Positions 27,585 through 40,613 are shown, counted from the first letter of the stretch. The stretch: 64,000 nt of DNA from Vicugna vicugna (GCA_013265495.1 MU058584.1:2327599-2391598); one strand, 5' to 3'. The notes: generated by a model from the letters alone, not told the origin. Translations and numbers: made by a program.

Positions 27585-28145
27585 CTAAACATTTATTTAC
27601 CTCTTATTATATTCCTTCAAGAGATATTAAATTCTGTGCTGTGTCATGCACTGTGGTAGGCACTTTGGAATCAAAGATAAGTCCCATAGCCCTGTCCTCA
27701 TGGTCCAGTAGGTAAGATGGATGTGTGATGAGAAAATGCAATATGGCAGCACATGAGAGAGAGGGGTACATCCTGGGGGGACAGCCCAGGGGGCTTGCAG
27801 GAGGAAGAGAGGTTGCTGGGGGCAGATACAGGTGGGAGAATACTTACACTTAGTCTTGAAAAACGGCCAGGGTGAGAGTGGCACGTAGGTGGATGAGCGG
27901 GACACTGTATTTAAGGGGAAGGAAACAGGTGTGAACTGGCAACCCTGTTATGGCAATTTCTAAGTATCCTGACCCAGTTGAAGTATTAACCATGAGCATT
28001 GAGTTGGAGAGTCAGCAAGATCAAGGACGTGGTAGGCCCTGACATTGAACCTCATCTTGAGGCCAGTAGGAAGCCACTGGAGGTTTAAACAGGGAGGTGA
28101 CACAATCAGAACCACATCTTGGAAAGATCTGGTGGCAGCTAGAGG
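27585..28145 (-). mobile_element. L2 LINE fragment
   Basis: Reverse L2 motifs (catttattt...tgtgtcatgcactgtggtaggcactttgg...gccctgtcctcatgg...gagccactggaggtttaaacagggaggtgacacaatcaga). Confidence 0.6.
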
Positions 28146-30008
28146 CAGGACTAGGGGGGTGCAGAATAGGCACGGATCTGTTTACTGCTGTAAAATCTCC
28201 CAGGGAAATTTTGACTCCTTTCTCCCTAAAGGGGCTTTTCCAATAGCATCGTTCATCCCAGAGCCTCTCTCGGTAAGCGCCCACAGCATAGTCTTCGGAA
28301 AAGCATATGCGTATCAGGGCAACCTAGTTCTATCTGGATGGAACAAGGCTGGGTCTAGGGTGTGACTCCACTCTGTGAGCCGGTGTCTCCCCTGATGAGC
28401 AGTGGCTGTGTGTGTGCAAGTGTGTGCATGTGCGTAGAGCGAGGCAGAGAGGATGTATCCATGTTTCTCTGTTTTTCTTTTGGCCGGCCCCACCAGGGCC
28501 TGGGTGGTTGCGGGCCTGGAGCACCTCCACCTTCTTACCCACGCTGAAAGCATCTCTGGTAATGGCATCTGGCCCGTATGCAGATCGAGCTCGGCTCGGT
28601 GCTGACATCAGCTGGTTTGTGGCACCTCAGCGTATTTCTGGGTTGCAAATGAGAGTTTCTTAGCGCCAGCCTCGCTTGGGCTGTCACATCAGGTGATGAA
28701 TTCTCTGCATCAACCGTGTGCTGCTAAGGTAAGCTCAGAGGAAGAGCGGGAAAGAGAGGAGGATGGGACTGGCCGTTCTCAGCCCAGCAGCAGCCGCTGC
28801 TCTGGGCTAAAAGCAGCAGTGAGGGAGAGGCGGGTGGCCCCTGTTCCGGCTCAAGGAGGGTGGCAGAGAACAGAGGAGTCAGGGCTTCAGTTGCAGTTCT
28901 GAGCTCTTGTGTTTTGTTAGGAGAAACTCCCCCGGCTGTGCCATCAGCCATCGCTCCATCCCCAGCTCCATGGCTCGCTCCGTTTCCCTCCTCTGACAGG
29001 CCTTATCCATTAGATGGGGTTCTGGCGAAACTTGGTGTCCATCAAATTATGCGCTAAATTCATTAGGGCAGGATATTAAGTAAATCGGCATTTTTTGTTC
29101 CTGAAACATTGTGTTCCTGAATACCTTGAATTTGTGTTTCGAAAGTCTAGATTTTCTTAACTAGGAAACCTGCTGCACTTTGCCCTAATTGTATATCCAA
29201 GAGCTTCCTCTTCCGGGAGCTTCCAGGGTGAGCCTGCTGGTGGCTTAGGATTCCCCTGGTGGAATTAAACGTTAGGTCAGGTCTTGCTGCCCAAGCCGCA
29301 GGCTACAGAATTAGCCCAAAGAACTGGGTGTAAATGTGCACTCTCTCTCGTTATGGACGCTGTGAGATAAAGAGTGCATTTGACTTTGCAGATTCCCGCG
29401 CCTTAACCCCTCAAGGCGTTTCCAGCATCAGCATTTTGCAAAGTGAGTGTGTCCGTCATATAGGACGGTTGTGCATCATCGGAGAGTGAAGGAGGAAGTT
29501 GGGGTGCAGGAAGAAAATTAAAGCGAAAAAGTCTTATTTCCCGCCACCCCCGCCCAGTTGTCAGTGAGACAGCCTTTGACTCGCACTGCGCCCAGAGATA
29601 AATAAACACACAAAGGCAGCGTTTCCTACTTAATATTCACCCGCGGTGGCAGAAGAGGGAAGGAATCGCTCCCCGGGGTTAACGTGGCAGTAAGCGAGGT
29701 CAGCTGTTTCCCAAGACGGTGCAGCCTCCGAACGTCTTACATTAAAAGCTTACATCACAGCCGAAGCAGCCAAAGTGATTTACGGGAAACCCGTAAGGTC
29801 GCGTGGGATTTTTCTCGCAGTTTCTGTTCTCGTGGACATTTTAGCAGCAACAGCAGCAGACGATATACCATTGTATAAAGCACCTCCAGAGAAAAGCATC
29901 CTTTAACGTTTCCCAGTGTTCGACTTGTTTGTTGTTCGTTGAAACCCGTAGGCTACAGTGTCCTGACTTTGGCAAGAAGTAGAGGGTCAGAGCTGGGATG
30001 TCCTGGGG

Positions 30009-30086
30009 TAGGGTGACCAGGGACTGAATGTCCCATATTCCATTAATCCCTGAGTCCTGGGCAAACTGGGACAGCTGGTCACCCCA
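30009..30086. mobile_element. MER81-like hAT-Blackjack MITE
   Basis: Terminal inverted repeats TAGGGTGACCA / TGGTCACCCCA with internal gtcctgggcaaactgggac. Confidence 0.7.
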
Positions 30087-33005
30087 TCCGAAGCGGCTGC
30101 GTGTGTGTGAATGGAGGGGGAGTGAAAAAAAGGCAGTTAAAGAGAGTTGTTTATTTTTAGTAAGATTTTGTTAAAGGTTTTATATATTCTTCTTCACCAG
30201 GCCAGCTAGCATAATTAAAATGCTGGTTTGATACTGGCTTGAACTAATTCCTGTCTGCACCATCTGTGAGCTCTCTGGCCCCTCTGGCATCTTGCGCACT
30301 GGCCTGAGAAAACAGAACTTTTTTAAGGAGAGAGATCAAATGTCTACTGTGTGAGTTATTTCAGCGCTGAGACAACTCAAAAAGAAGTCTCCTGGAACCT
30401 CTTGGTCAATATGGAGCGCCTTGCTATAATTCCCTCCTAGTGAAATGCCACGGAGCTCATTTCCTTTACTGATGGCTCCGTCTTGGGCACCACGTATTGT
30501 TATTTGAATGGCACTGTAGTCCTGGTGGGGTGGGGGGGTTGTGAGCAGCATAATGAAATGCCTTTGTGCCACATGCGCTATGACACGGATGCTAACTGCT
30601 TTAGAGAGCTTCGTCATCTACTTGTCTCAGACCAGGTCGATCCTAAGATACATGACTTTTCCCCTCTTCTACCAGCACCTTCCTCTCTGCCTTGTGACTT
30701 TGTCCTTACAGAACCCCTGTCAGGTTTCCTATAATCCTGTCCTACTCAGCAGACACACACACACACCCCTTGTAGTCTGTTTAATTAGTAAATTAAACAT
30801 TTATCCACCTATCCATCTGCTAAACATACACATATAAAAGTTTTTAGGGCTGACAAACATCAAAAAGCTAAGAGGAATCATCTCTGGGCAGTAGATTTAT
30901 GGCTATTGTACATTTTGCCTTTTGCACTTCTCCTATTTTCAAATAGTGTATTGCATATATAACTGCAAGTATTATCTAAGCATGTCTTACTTTTATCATC
31001 AGAAAAGGTCAGGGATGCTAAAGGATTCTCTTTGGGGAAAAATAAATATCACCACTATTCTCCATCAGCCAAAAATGGCACCAAGAGAATCCACGTGTTC
31101 TTGGTTGAGAGGGGAGGCTAAGATATTGCCATCCCTGTGACCAGCCTGACTTAGGAAACTGAATTAATTCTGTTCTTGATTCTGGTTGTACTACAGAGCC
31201 TGGGCCCTCCAACAAGAAAGAAAAGCCCCCTGTTAGAAGAGAATTCCCATTTTCCCCTCATTGTTCCCGTTCACAAACAACAGGGGAAATGTCTTCCAGC
31301 AAAGAAGGGGAGTGGGTGGAGCTGCCTGACGAGTTAGGAGATGGCGAGTTGAACTTGAGAGCAGTTACTCATTGATCCATGTTCTGGGCATTGCTCAGGA
31401 TGACCTTTTGCCCTCTTGGTACCTAGATCTGCTCTTTACAGAGGTGTGGGGGAAAAAAAAACCTACCCTCATGCTGAAGTATGAGGTATGGTGGGAGCTG
31501 CTTTGAATTAAAAGCCTGGCTTTCCTGGGAAAGTCGGAGCCTCATTTGGGGGAGCCAATGACAGAGCATGCCAAGTGGATGAAAAAGGCAGAGAAAAGAA
31601 GCCTGATTCAAAGGTTAGGAAGCCTGGGTTCTGTCTCCGTCATAATCTGGAAGCCTGCTTTCCTCTTGCACCTCTGCTTTCTCATGAATGAAACGTGGAC
31701 AAACTTTGCCAGCACCTGTCAAGTGCTAAGCATGCTCTTAAGGACTGTAGATAGACTGTGCTAGAGCAGAAACCGTGGTCCCTCCTAAATGACAAAATTA
31801 ACACCTGCCCCAGGTACCCCCCAAATATTTCTGGGAATAAAAGGAAAGTCCAATAAAAATAATTTACTAGGACTGCCTAAAACCTAGTCTGTTCAACATT
31901 AAAATTGCCAGACTTGAGGTCTATTAACTGCAGAGGAGCCCAGTGACTGGGGGTGGGGCGGGGGGGGGAGCTTTCAGGACACTTACATTTCAGTGCTTTA
32001 AAATACATAAACAATCATGCATCAACCACTATAGCAAATCATCCTTCAGCTATTTTAATGGTGGGATACTTTTTGAAAAGGGTGGTCATTAAAACACATC
32101 CTTAAGAACAATTTGATTGTTTGAATGCATCTGGATTTAGAGTCTTAGAAAGATGATCTACAAATGTCTTATCAAACGTGTAGCTTCCTGTCTTTCTGCC
32201 TTTTTAGATCTGTTCACACAGACCAGGCCTTACGGTGTCGGCACCCTTGTTTTACCTGTTTTATTTGCCTGAATCACCCTCTGTACTTTTCAAGGCTCGC
32301 CTCACTGAGTACCTCCTCCACGAAGCCTTTGCTGATCTCCACCAAGAGGAGATATCACCTTCATTTGAACCTTCATAACAACTGGGCTGTCCCCTTGGTT
32401 AGGTTCCGCCTGGAATTACAGTTCACGGGTGTTGTCTTATCCGCCTCCTGGAGCACGTGGACTGTCTCTCACTCATCATTATACACCCCAGAGCATCTAG
32501 AACAGAACCTGGCACAGCACAGGTGCCTGGGATCCCACAACGTGTGGAGCATCCACAGCTGGAAAGGACCTTAGAAAGCACTGGAGCTAACCTTTTAATT
32601 TTTCTAAAAGGGAACCGCAGGCTGCAGAGGGAAAAGTGCCTTGGCCAGAGCCAGCAGCTAATCGAAGCCAGATCAGAACTAGAACTCAGTCCCTCGGCCC
32701 GCAGGGCAGCTACCGTTGTTCTAGAGCACACGTACTCATCATCTGACGGCTTGGACCAAGTTACAAAGCCTGTGAGAAGTGGGAGGTGCTAATACTGTGT
32801 CCAAAGGCTCACCAGGAGAACTTCAGCTCATCTGAGGGTGGGGGGAAGATGTTACCAACCACAATAATAGCTGCCCATCTGATGAGTGTCCCCATGTGCC
32901 AGGCACTGTCCTCGGCCCTTGACCCAAGTTGCCTGATTGTCATTGTCTGCTCAGAACAGCCACCCGATCTCAGAGGACTGACTTCTCTCCCTTTTTCCCT
33001 TCTAG

Positions 33006-33098
<93 letters not shown>

Positions 33099-36000
33099 TC
33101 TCCCAGCAGTCGCATCCCGGCTGACCCTGTGCCCCAGTCGGGGCAGGGCCAGGAGGGAGGGTTTCTCAACGCTGAAGCGGTCAGACTGGAGGTCGAAGCA
33201 ATCAGCAAACACAATAAGAGTCTCCTTCTCTTCTCTTCTTTGGGATGCTATTTCAGCCAATCTGGACACTTCTTTATACTCTCTTCCCTTTTTTTTTTTT
33301 TTTTTTTTTTTTTTCTGGGTAAAAGCCACCCTTCCCTGCCTCCAGCTGTCAGCCTGGTGTCCGTCATCTTCCCTGCCCCTGGCCCTCTGTCCTAGACTCC
33401 CTGGGTCCCCGCCCTCTATGACATCCCTGAAGGATATTTTCAACAATTAGAGGAATTTCAAGAGGAAAACAAAAGTACAAAGAAAATAATAAAAGCATTT
33501 GTTTGGTTTCATGCTGGTGGTTTGAGGAGCCAAATGTACCTCACTCGGATCCCCCGCTCCCAGTGTTAACAGGCAACCCTGAGATCTTATCTCTCTTGTT
33601 ACTCACACTACCTCTTAGCAGGAAGACACCACATCGCCCTACTCATTCCAGGCCTCCCTGCCTCCTCTCGCTTTTCCCTCCCTGGGGGCAATTCTGATCA
33701 GAACACTGTCCTCTTCTTCCCGGCCCCAGGTATTCACTGGGGACTGCCACTGCTGGGGCTCTAAAGGTGCCACGTTTTCTGGTTTCGGCTCTGCTAGGTT
33801 GATTCCCGGGCAGGAGGTCAGGCAGCAGGAGAGGGCACGAGGGACAGGAAGGGCAGGATTCCAAGAGGCTTTTGCATCTTCCCAGTAACAGCTCTTGGCT
33901 TCAGAGGCACAGGGTCTGGAGATGATGCAGAACACCTGGTAAGCAAGGTTCAGAGCCTGCTGCAAAACCAGGTCTGAGTTAGGCACGATGGTGAGTGCAT
34001 CACTGAGGAGTAGAAGGTTCTCATCCTGAAACCCTTCCAATGCATCTCTCCCACGCACACACACGTACACGGACCTACAGGCACGTACACAGTCTCGCAG
34101 CTTCACTTGCCCAAAAACAGTCACATGCCACCTACAAATGCCTACGTTAGGAACCATAGCATTAGACCTTGTGAGCCCAAGGGAGGGACTTAACAACTCT
34201 TGAGTGAAGGTCAGTGACACAGAGAAGCACCATGTGCTGGGGTTTCCAGGCCCCGCAGTCCCCCCTCCCCCACCCCCAGCATGCACACGCCAGAACACCA
34301 TACACGGGACTTGAGGGACTTGATCATGCTGAAGGCCAGGATTCCAGTGGAATATCTCCCTGCTCTCACCACCCCTGGAGCCCTCAGGGAGCCACACACA
34401 GCACTTACACTGTCTCATGGATTCCGGTCTGTTCTGGTTTTGTGTTTACCATACGGACATGCACTCATTATCCAAATTGTTACATGCCGCCACATTCTTG
34501 TCCTGGAGGAGAAAGTTGTATAAGAACATGGTTTGGACCAACTTTCTGGTTGCTTACTTTGAAGACCTGAGAGTGACAGGGGAAGGGGAGGCCATGTTTT
34601 CTGTGAAATCATCAGTGATTTTTATCCCCTGGGTCTATCTAAGAGAGAAGAGTGTGTACTAGGAAGCTATTCTCCAATGTCAGCTGAACTTAACCTTCTT
34701 CAGGGCCAACTGTGCCAGCCGTAAAGATGGCAGCTCTGTCACTTGATTAAGTGGGAGGTGGTCAGATCTCTTGGTGCCTCATTTTCTTCATTTGTAAAAT
34801 GGGGGTGATTATGCCCGCTTCACCAAGAGCCTTGTGAGAGACTGAGGAACTGATTTAATTCCTATCCGAGCTGTAATTGTAGAGTCAGGGAATGTAGCAT
34901 CCCTAAGATAAACAGGTTCATAACATGTGGGGCCAATAAATGGCTCTCCCGTTCTAACTGCTGGTGACCATTGTGCCCTGAGGTCATCACCGTGATGGCC
35001 AAGAGAAGGGTTAATGTTGCTGCTTTTGTTTGTTTTGATCTGTTTGCTTTCTTAGAATAGAGATAAGTTTCTAAATTGGAAAAACAGGACCTGGTCCTCT
35101 GAGCTTGTACTTGCATCCAGTATGTGGCCTTGTAAGTACTTAGTCCCCTGTCACATCTACTTTGTTTGAGAGGCCTCTGGAAGAGGTATAAGATCCTGAG
35201 GGATCAGGATGGCCAGCTAACAGGTCATGGAAATTTTGCATGGCAGTATAGAAATGAATAGAAAATGTTCCTGTGGGTGTGGGTGTGTTGTGGGGTGGGG
35301 GTTCCTCCTAAGGAATCTGAAGGTATGTGTATTTGAAGGAAACACAAAAAGTAAATATTTGGCAGGATGGGATTATGCCTTGATGACTAAGAGCAGTAGA
35401 AAGACTGTGTCTCGTAGCCTGTGCCTTAGTCAGAACAGGACTTGATAAAGAGGATTCTTGGAAGGAGCGTCTTGTGACCCTTCTGCAGTGATTAGAACCG
35501 GTGGAGAACTTTGTCTTAGTGGCAGGGATCTATTGAAACCACCCACACAGGAATATGGTGGGATCACATCCCCCTGATCTGGGGCCAAGTAGGAAAGAGA
35601 CACAAAAAGGTTCTCTTGGAAACAGGAAGAATGACTCCAGATTTGGGTTGACTGATTTCATCTTAAATGAATGGAAACGATCAGAGCAGTGCTACTTTTG
35701 CACAGGCGGGTTCCCTCCCTGCAGTTTGCACTGATTGTCACCACTCACAGCATCTTCCCGACCCAGCACTTGACACAGCGCTTGGCGCAGCCAACACCTG
35801 TCCCACAATCTCCCCTCCTTGCTCACGATCACGTCCAACATGGTGGCCACCAGATCTCTCCGCATTCACTCAGCAAAGCATGGGAACCCTGGCAGTGGAA
35901 GGATGGGGATGGAAAGAGCGTGCCTCTGGAAGTACAGCTCCCTGGGAATGCGTATTAGGTCAACCCTACAGATACCAAAATGTGCCCCCAAGATGCCTTC

Positions 36001-38227
36001 ATTTCCTGATGGAAGTGAGAGCTCTCCATTTTCCCTGGCAGATTTCCTCTGAGAACAGATACTAGTCCTAGGGTTTGCCCACCTTCTCACTCTTCATTGC
36101 AACCTCCTTTTCATCCCTAACTCCTCCCCCTGGCGTGGAACTGACTCCTGTGCAGTACTTTGCCAAGTGGCACCTTCTTTACTTCTATTTTTTTATTTTG
36201 CTGTGGTGGTGGTTCTTTATTTTCTGGTTGCCTTTTTCTCACATATCTTTCCCTGCCCCCCCTTTCCTTCTGAGTTTTATTTTTCTGCCCAGAAAAACCT
36301 GACTTCGATACCAAAAAAGATGAAACTACAGAAACTCAAATTTAAAAAAAACTTAAAAAAAAACAAAAAAAAAATACTCAACGATTCTTTCAGCTTTATT
36401 AACATTTTCCATTGTTTCTTGCGACTTGTGTCTCGTTCTTTGTAGTATTGATGCTGAACATTTGATAATGAATGTTCTTGTATATTCAGATAAAGGAAAA
36501 AAAAAACCAAAAAAGCGGTCTGAATTTAATAGTGTTTATAATAAAAATTTTAAAAATGACCCTCATAGCACGCAAAACAGGATGGGGAATTTCCCCTCTT
36601 CTTTCTGTGACAATGCGCATCATTCCTGCATTAGTTTTTAACACCGAACTACCTACGTTCACCATTTCCCCCATTTTTCTTTTATTTTCTTGCATTTGTG
36701 AATTAGTTCAAGAATGCTAGAAAAGTGTCGAGTTGTGCACATCCATTTCCTGTTTCACAATGTTTAAAAGTGACAGTAATTCATTTTGTAAACTAAAAAA
36801 AAAAAGGTTGGAATAGTGAGAATAGGTACAACCTAACACGTTATTATGTTTATTAACTTTGAGACCCAGAAATAAATTCTTTTCTTTCCTTTATCCTGCT
36901 CTTTAAAATATTAAAAAAAATTATGTTTTGTGTTATTTTTGGTTTGTCTATGGGGGGGGCTTTTTGTTTTAATTGTCAGGATTATGATCTTGCTGTTTTT
37001 ATTCCTTAAATATGTATACGAGGTGATGTGAAAAGGTGACTTTTGTAGAGTAGGCTGTTTCCTTGTACTTCTGTTTGCTTGAGAATTCAGTTGCCTTCAA
37101 AAGCAAAGATCAAGTCCACACTGACGTCACATTGCCCATCCACCTTTCTGGAGTGTGTGGCAATCCTGCGGTCCCTGAGAAAGACAAAGCCAGGGACCTG
37201 AGTTTTCCTTTTGGCCCTTTCACAATTCAAGCAATTGGTCCAGGGGACCCTTTTACACTGTAGGGAAAGGTTTTTGCCTTGGTTGATAGTGAATGTCACA
37301 ACAAAATGCTTTCTTTTCTTTCTTCTTGATTAATAACAGCATTCCACTAGGCCCCTCCACCTACAGAGGACATTTTTTCTTCCAGAAGACTCCTGCAGGA
37401 GATCCTGGTGGGATGTGTACCTTTTGGCTAAAGTAGACTAGATCCGGGAAGCCATCCCTGGGGCCATTCCGCCTGCTGATCTTTTGAGCCAGACTCAGTC
37501 CTGTTGGTCTAGTGCTGAGTGGTTAAAAATTTGGATCCATTGGCTGTGCACCTCATTAACCCCTGATTTAGGCAGCTGCTTAAAGCAGATTGTCAAAGGG
37601 GCTCGAGCTGGAATGTTTTTGTTACAGGAGGAAAGAAAGCAATATTATCTGGAGGAACTTACACGTTTTTCACTCAACAAATGATCAAGCGTTCGGAAAG
37701 CATGCAGAATTGCAGGGCAATACTTCAGGAAAAGTTTCTGCCAGAACACTGGCACCCTTGTTTCCGAGTTATAACAAAATAATGACGAACTTTTCACATC
37801 ACCTTTCTGGTTTCCATCCCTAGCTCAAAGCTTTCTGAAATCTTTTATTTTTTTTTTTGTAAACTTTTCCCCCCTTTTGTTAAAACTAATAAAACATTCA
37901 ATGTTGTCCCCCTTTCCTCTCTTATTACTTCTTTCCTTTCCTTTGGCCTTTCCGAGTATTTTGAAGTGCTCTCCTTTGGTTGTTGGTTTTATTCGCCCGC
38001 GCCCCCTCCCCGATTCTTATTATTCAGAGTATAAACCTGCAAAGCTCTGCTCTGTTTTGGTTTTGGAAGTTTAAGCTTCTCTGCTTCTGTGAGAGCACAG
38101 GCTTCTGTCCCTTTTGATTCCAACTGAAATTTTGTGTTCTCTAATGATGCTAACACGATGTAGGTTTTACAGTCTCCTAATTTGTACTGGTAATGCATAT
38201 TCCAAATAAATAGTTTCTTTTGTTGCA
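33099..38227 (+). other. PBX1: PBX1 long 3'UTR (~5.1 kb)
   Basis: Follows the stop codon, is largely repeat-poor and has U/A-rich blocks. Several AATAAA signals (33488, 36540, 36871, 37888, 38205). The distal one is followed by CA and a GU/U-rich downstream element. Confidence 0.8.
34775..34860 (+). mobile_element. MIR fragment inside PBX1 3'UTR
   Basis: gcctcattttcttcatttgtaaaatgggggtgattatgccc...ttgtgagag is the MIR core. Confidence 0.65.
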
Positions 38228-38257
38228 AAAAAAAAAAAAGAAACTTGTATTTTGTGT
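38205..38257 (+). terminator. PBX1: Distal polyadenylation site of PBX1
   Basis: AATAAA 38205-38210, CA at 38226-38227, downstream ttgtattttgtgt (~38245-38257) and upstream TGTA motifs. Confidence 0.8.
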
Positions 38258-39329
38258 AAATTTATTCTCTCACAGGCTAGCAACTTGTCTCTCCCCAAAC
38301 TAGGACTTGCGTTAGTGTGGATTATGGTTTAAACTGTGGCCCTAATCATTTTTAATGTCTACATTGGCAGTGGGTCCAATGACTTCTCTGCAGGAGAGCA
38401 GGGCACCCCATCTTGTCTGCTTGTCTGTGACTGGCTGTCATCCACCAAACGTCAGTTCAAATACCAGGGTGAGGTTCTAAAATAAATCCTGAGATTCTGA
38501 GTCACAGCTGTTCGCCCAGTGGTTCTCCTTTTCTTGTCTTTGTCTGCCGTGATCTGGTTATAAGGAAAATTGTGGTGCCCAAGAGATGCTTCAGGGGAAA
38601 AGAATCTAGGTTAGAGATGACTACCCAGCGGCAGGCTCTCAGAAGTATGCCAGATGGCACGCCACTAGATTTACACCCCTACTGTGTGCTGTCTACCAGC
38701 CCATGTAAGCATCTCTCCTGGTGGCTTGTCTGCACTCACACTGAGCCCCGACCCTTGGGGTTGAGGTCTGTTAGGGTTTCGTGTCTCAGTGTCCTGGCTG
38801 AACCGCCACTTCTGCCTTCAGCACCTAAGTCTGTTTCCCAGCCCTTTAACACCCTCTTTCCAAGCATGGAGTGGGATGGGGCCCCTTGTCTGGCGTTCCA
38901 CATGCTGTTCCTCTACGGGCATCCCATGCCTTGTTTTCTCATTCTCACCCCTTAGTTCTCAGGAGCCTCTGCCCAGAGCCCCAGGGAGGCAGGTCTGTAT
39001 TTTCACCCTCTCATCCCCATCATGACTCTAATCGGCAGAAAACAGATCGCAGGAATGGAGAGTCAGTGGGGATCAAAGTACCATTTTTACTAATGATCAT
39101 TTTTTAAAAATTACTTATTTAATTAAGGGATAAGGTAAGGGCTCAAGGGCCTCAGAATGATAAGGCCATCTGGCTAATTTCACTTGGAGAGCTCTGCCAG
39201 GGGCCAAGCTGTTACACATGGGGGCGCATTTCTGGGAGCCTGGGGGTGCAAGGCAGTTTCAGCCCACTTCCTTTCTCAGTTGCCTAGAGAGCTGTGGACC
39301 AAACTCGCCCATCTAGTTTATTACTTAGA

Positions 39330-39705
39330 GTGTTACTAGACTGTTGCCTAGTAACAAAAGACCAGAATGTGTAATGCCTCAAATGCAGGACAAGTCTACT
39401 TCCCACTTAGAACAGTAATGGCCGCCAGCACACATTCCTGCGCAGGGTGCCTTGTCTCCACGCGGTGACTCGGGGATCCAGCTCCTTCCACTTTGTGGAT
39501 CCTCCACATCTGGCCTGCAGGAGGATGTGTGTAGAAGTCTCACCACTGCTAGAAAGCCTTGATGAAGACCTCCCTTCCATTCATACTCCTAAATGCTAGG
39601 GGTGGGGGTGGGGCAAGAGGATGCAAAAATGGTCCCTGGCTAGGCAGCCACTTCCTGGCAATGACAGCCCACGGTGACTTTGAATACTTGGCTGTGTCTG
39701 TCACA
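39330..39705 (-). mobile_element. MaLR (MLT1-type) solo LTR, degenerate
   Basis: tgttact...gtaacaaaagacc...gtctccacgcggtgactcggggatccagctccttccactttgtgg...ggtccctggctaggcagccacttcc...tctgtcaca. Confidence 0.6.
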
Positions 39706-40613
39706 TCTAGTGAGCAAACGGGATCAGTGAGGACAAAAGACACGCCCATGTGGCTGTTCCACTGCACCGGATACACCCCTAGGAAAAACATTCCCAGTAA
39801 ACATCCCAGGCTTGGCTTTGTTACTCCTCAAGGGGACAATCCAGGAAGGTACTGATCAACCCAATACCACCCTGCTCGACCGTCTCCAAATTCGGTGGTT
39901 GTCTAAACTCAGACCTCCACACTCAGCTGTGGTCATCGCAAGGGGAGAGGTGCAGCCCATTAAGGCAGCCTGTACCCCACTTCAGAATGTTGCCCCCATG
40001 TTTACTGCTGTCTGGAAGGGTGAAGTCTGATGACCAGCAGTCACTTCAAAAAACAGATCTAAAGCTTTAAAAATCACAAAGTCTGATATGCTCAGCTCCC
40101 TTGGGCCCCCAGTAGACTCCCACCCGCTTATCCTTATAGACCTCTATGGCTTCCCCTGCTGACACAGAAAGACACGCAGCAGGATACCAACATTCTGGCC
40201 ACCGTGTGTTCTCCAAAGGATCGCCTCCCTCCAGAGTGGAGGATGGCACAAGAGCTCAGTATTACGAAATCATTCAGTGGGTGAGCCAAGGAAGGCGTTT
40301 TGCCCTGAATCTCTGTGCCAGAGGCCCGGAGGGCTGAGTGGGGCTCTGCTTTGGGGGGGGGGGGGGTCACTCATGCCTTGCAGAAAAGCCCCTACAGTGT
40401 ACAAATAAAGAAAACAGTGGGTTCACTGTCCAAGCCTCTCAGACACAGTGAGGTACAGTCTATGGCTTCCAGCCTTGGGCAGACTTCTGAGGCCACTCTG
40501 GGCAGTGTGGGGGTGAGGAAGACGAACTGGGGAGGGCCACATGCTGGGGAGAACCACTGTCCTTGTCCTGGGACCCATGCAAGAGACAGCTTAGTTCACG
40601 CTTCTGGGGTTGC

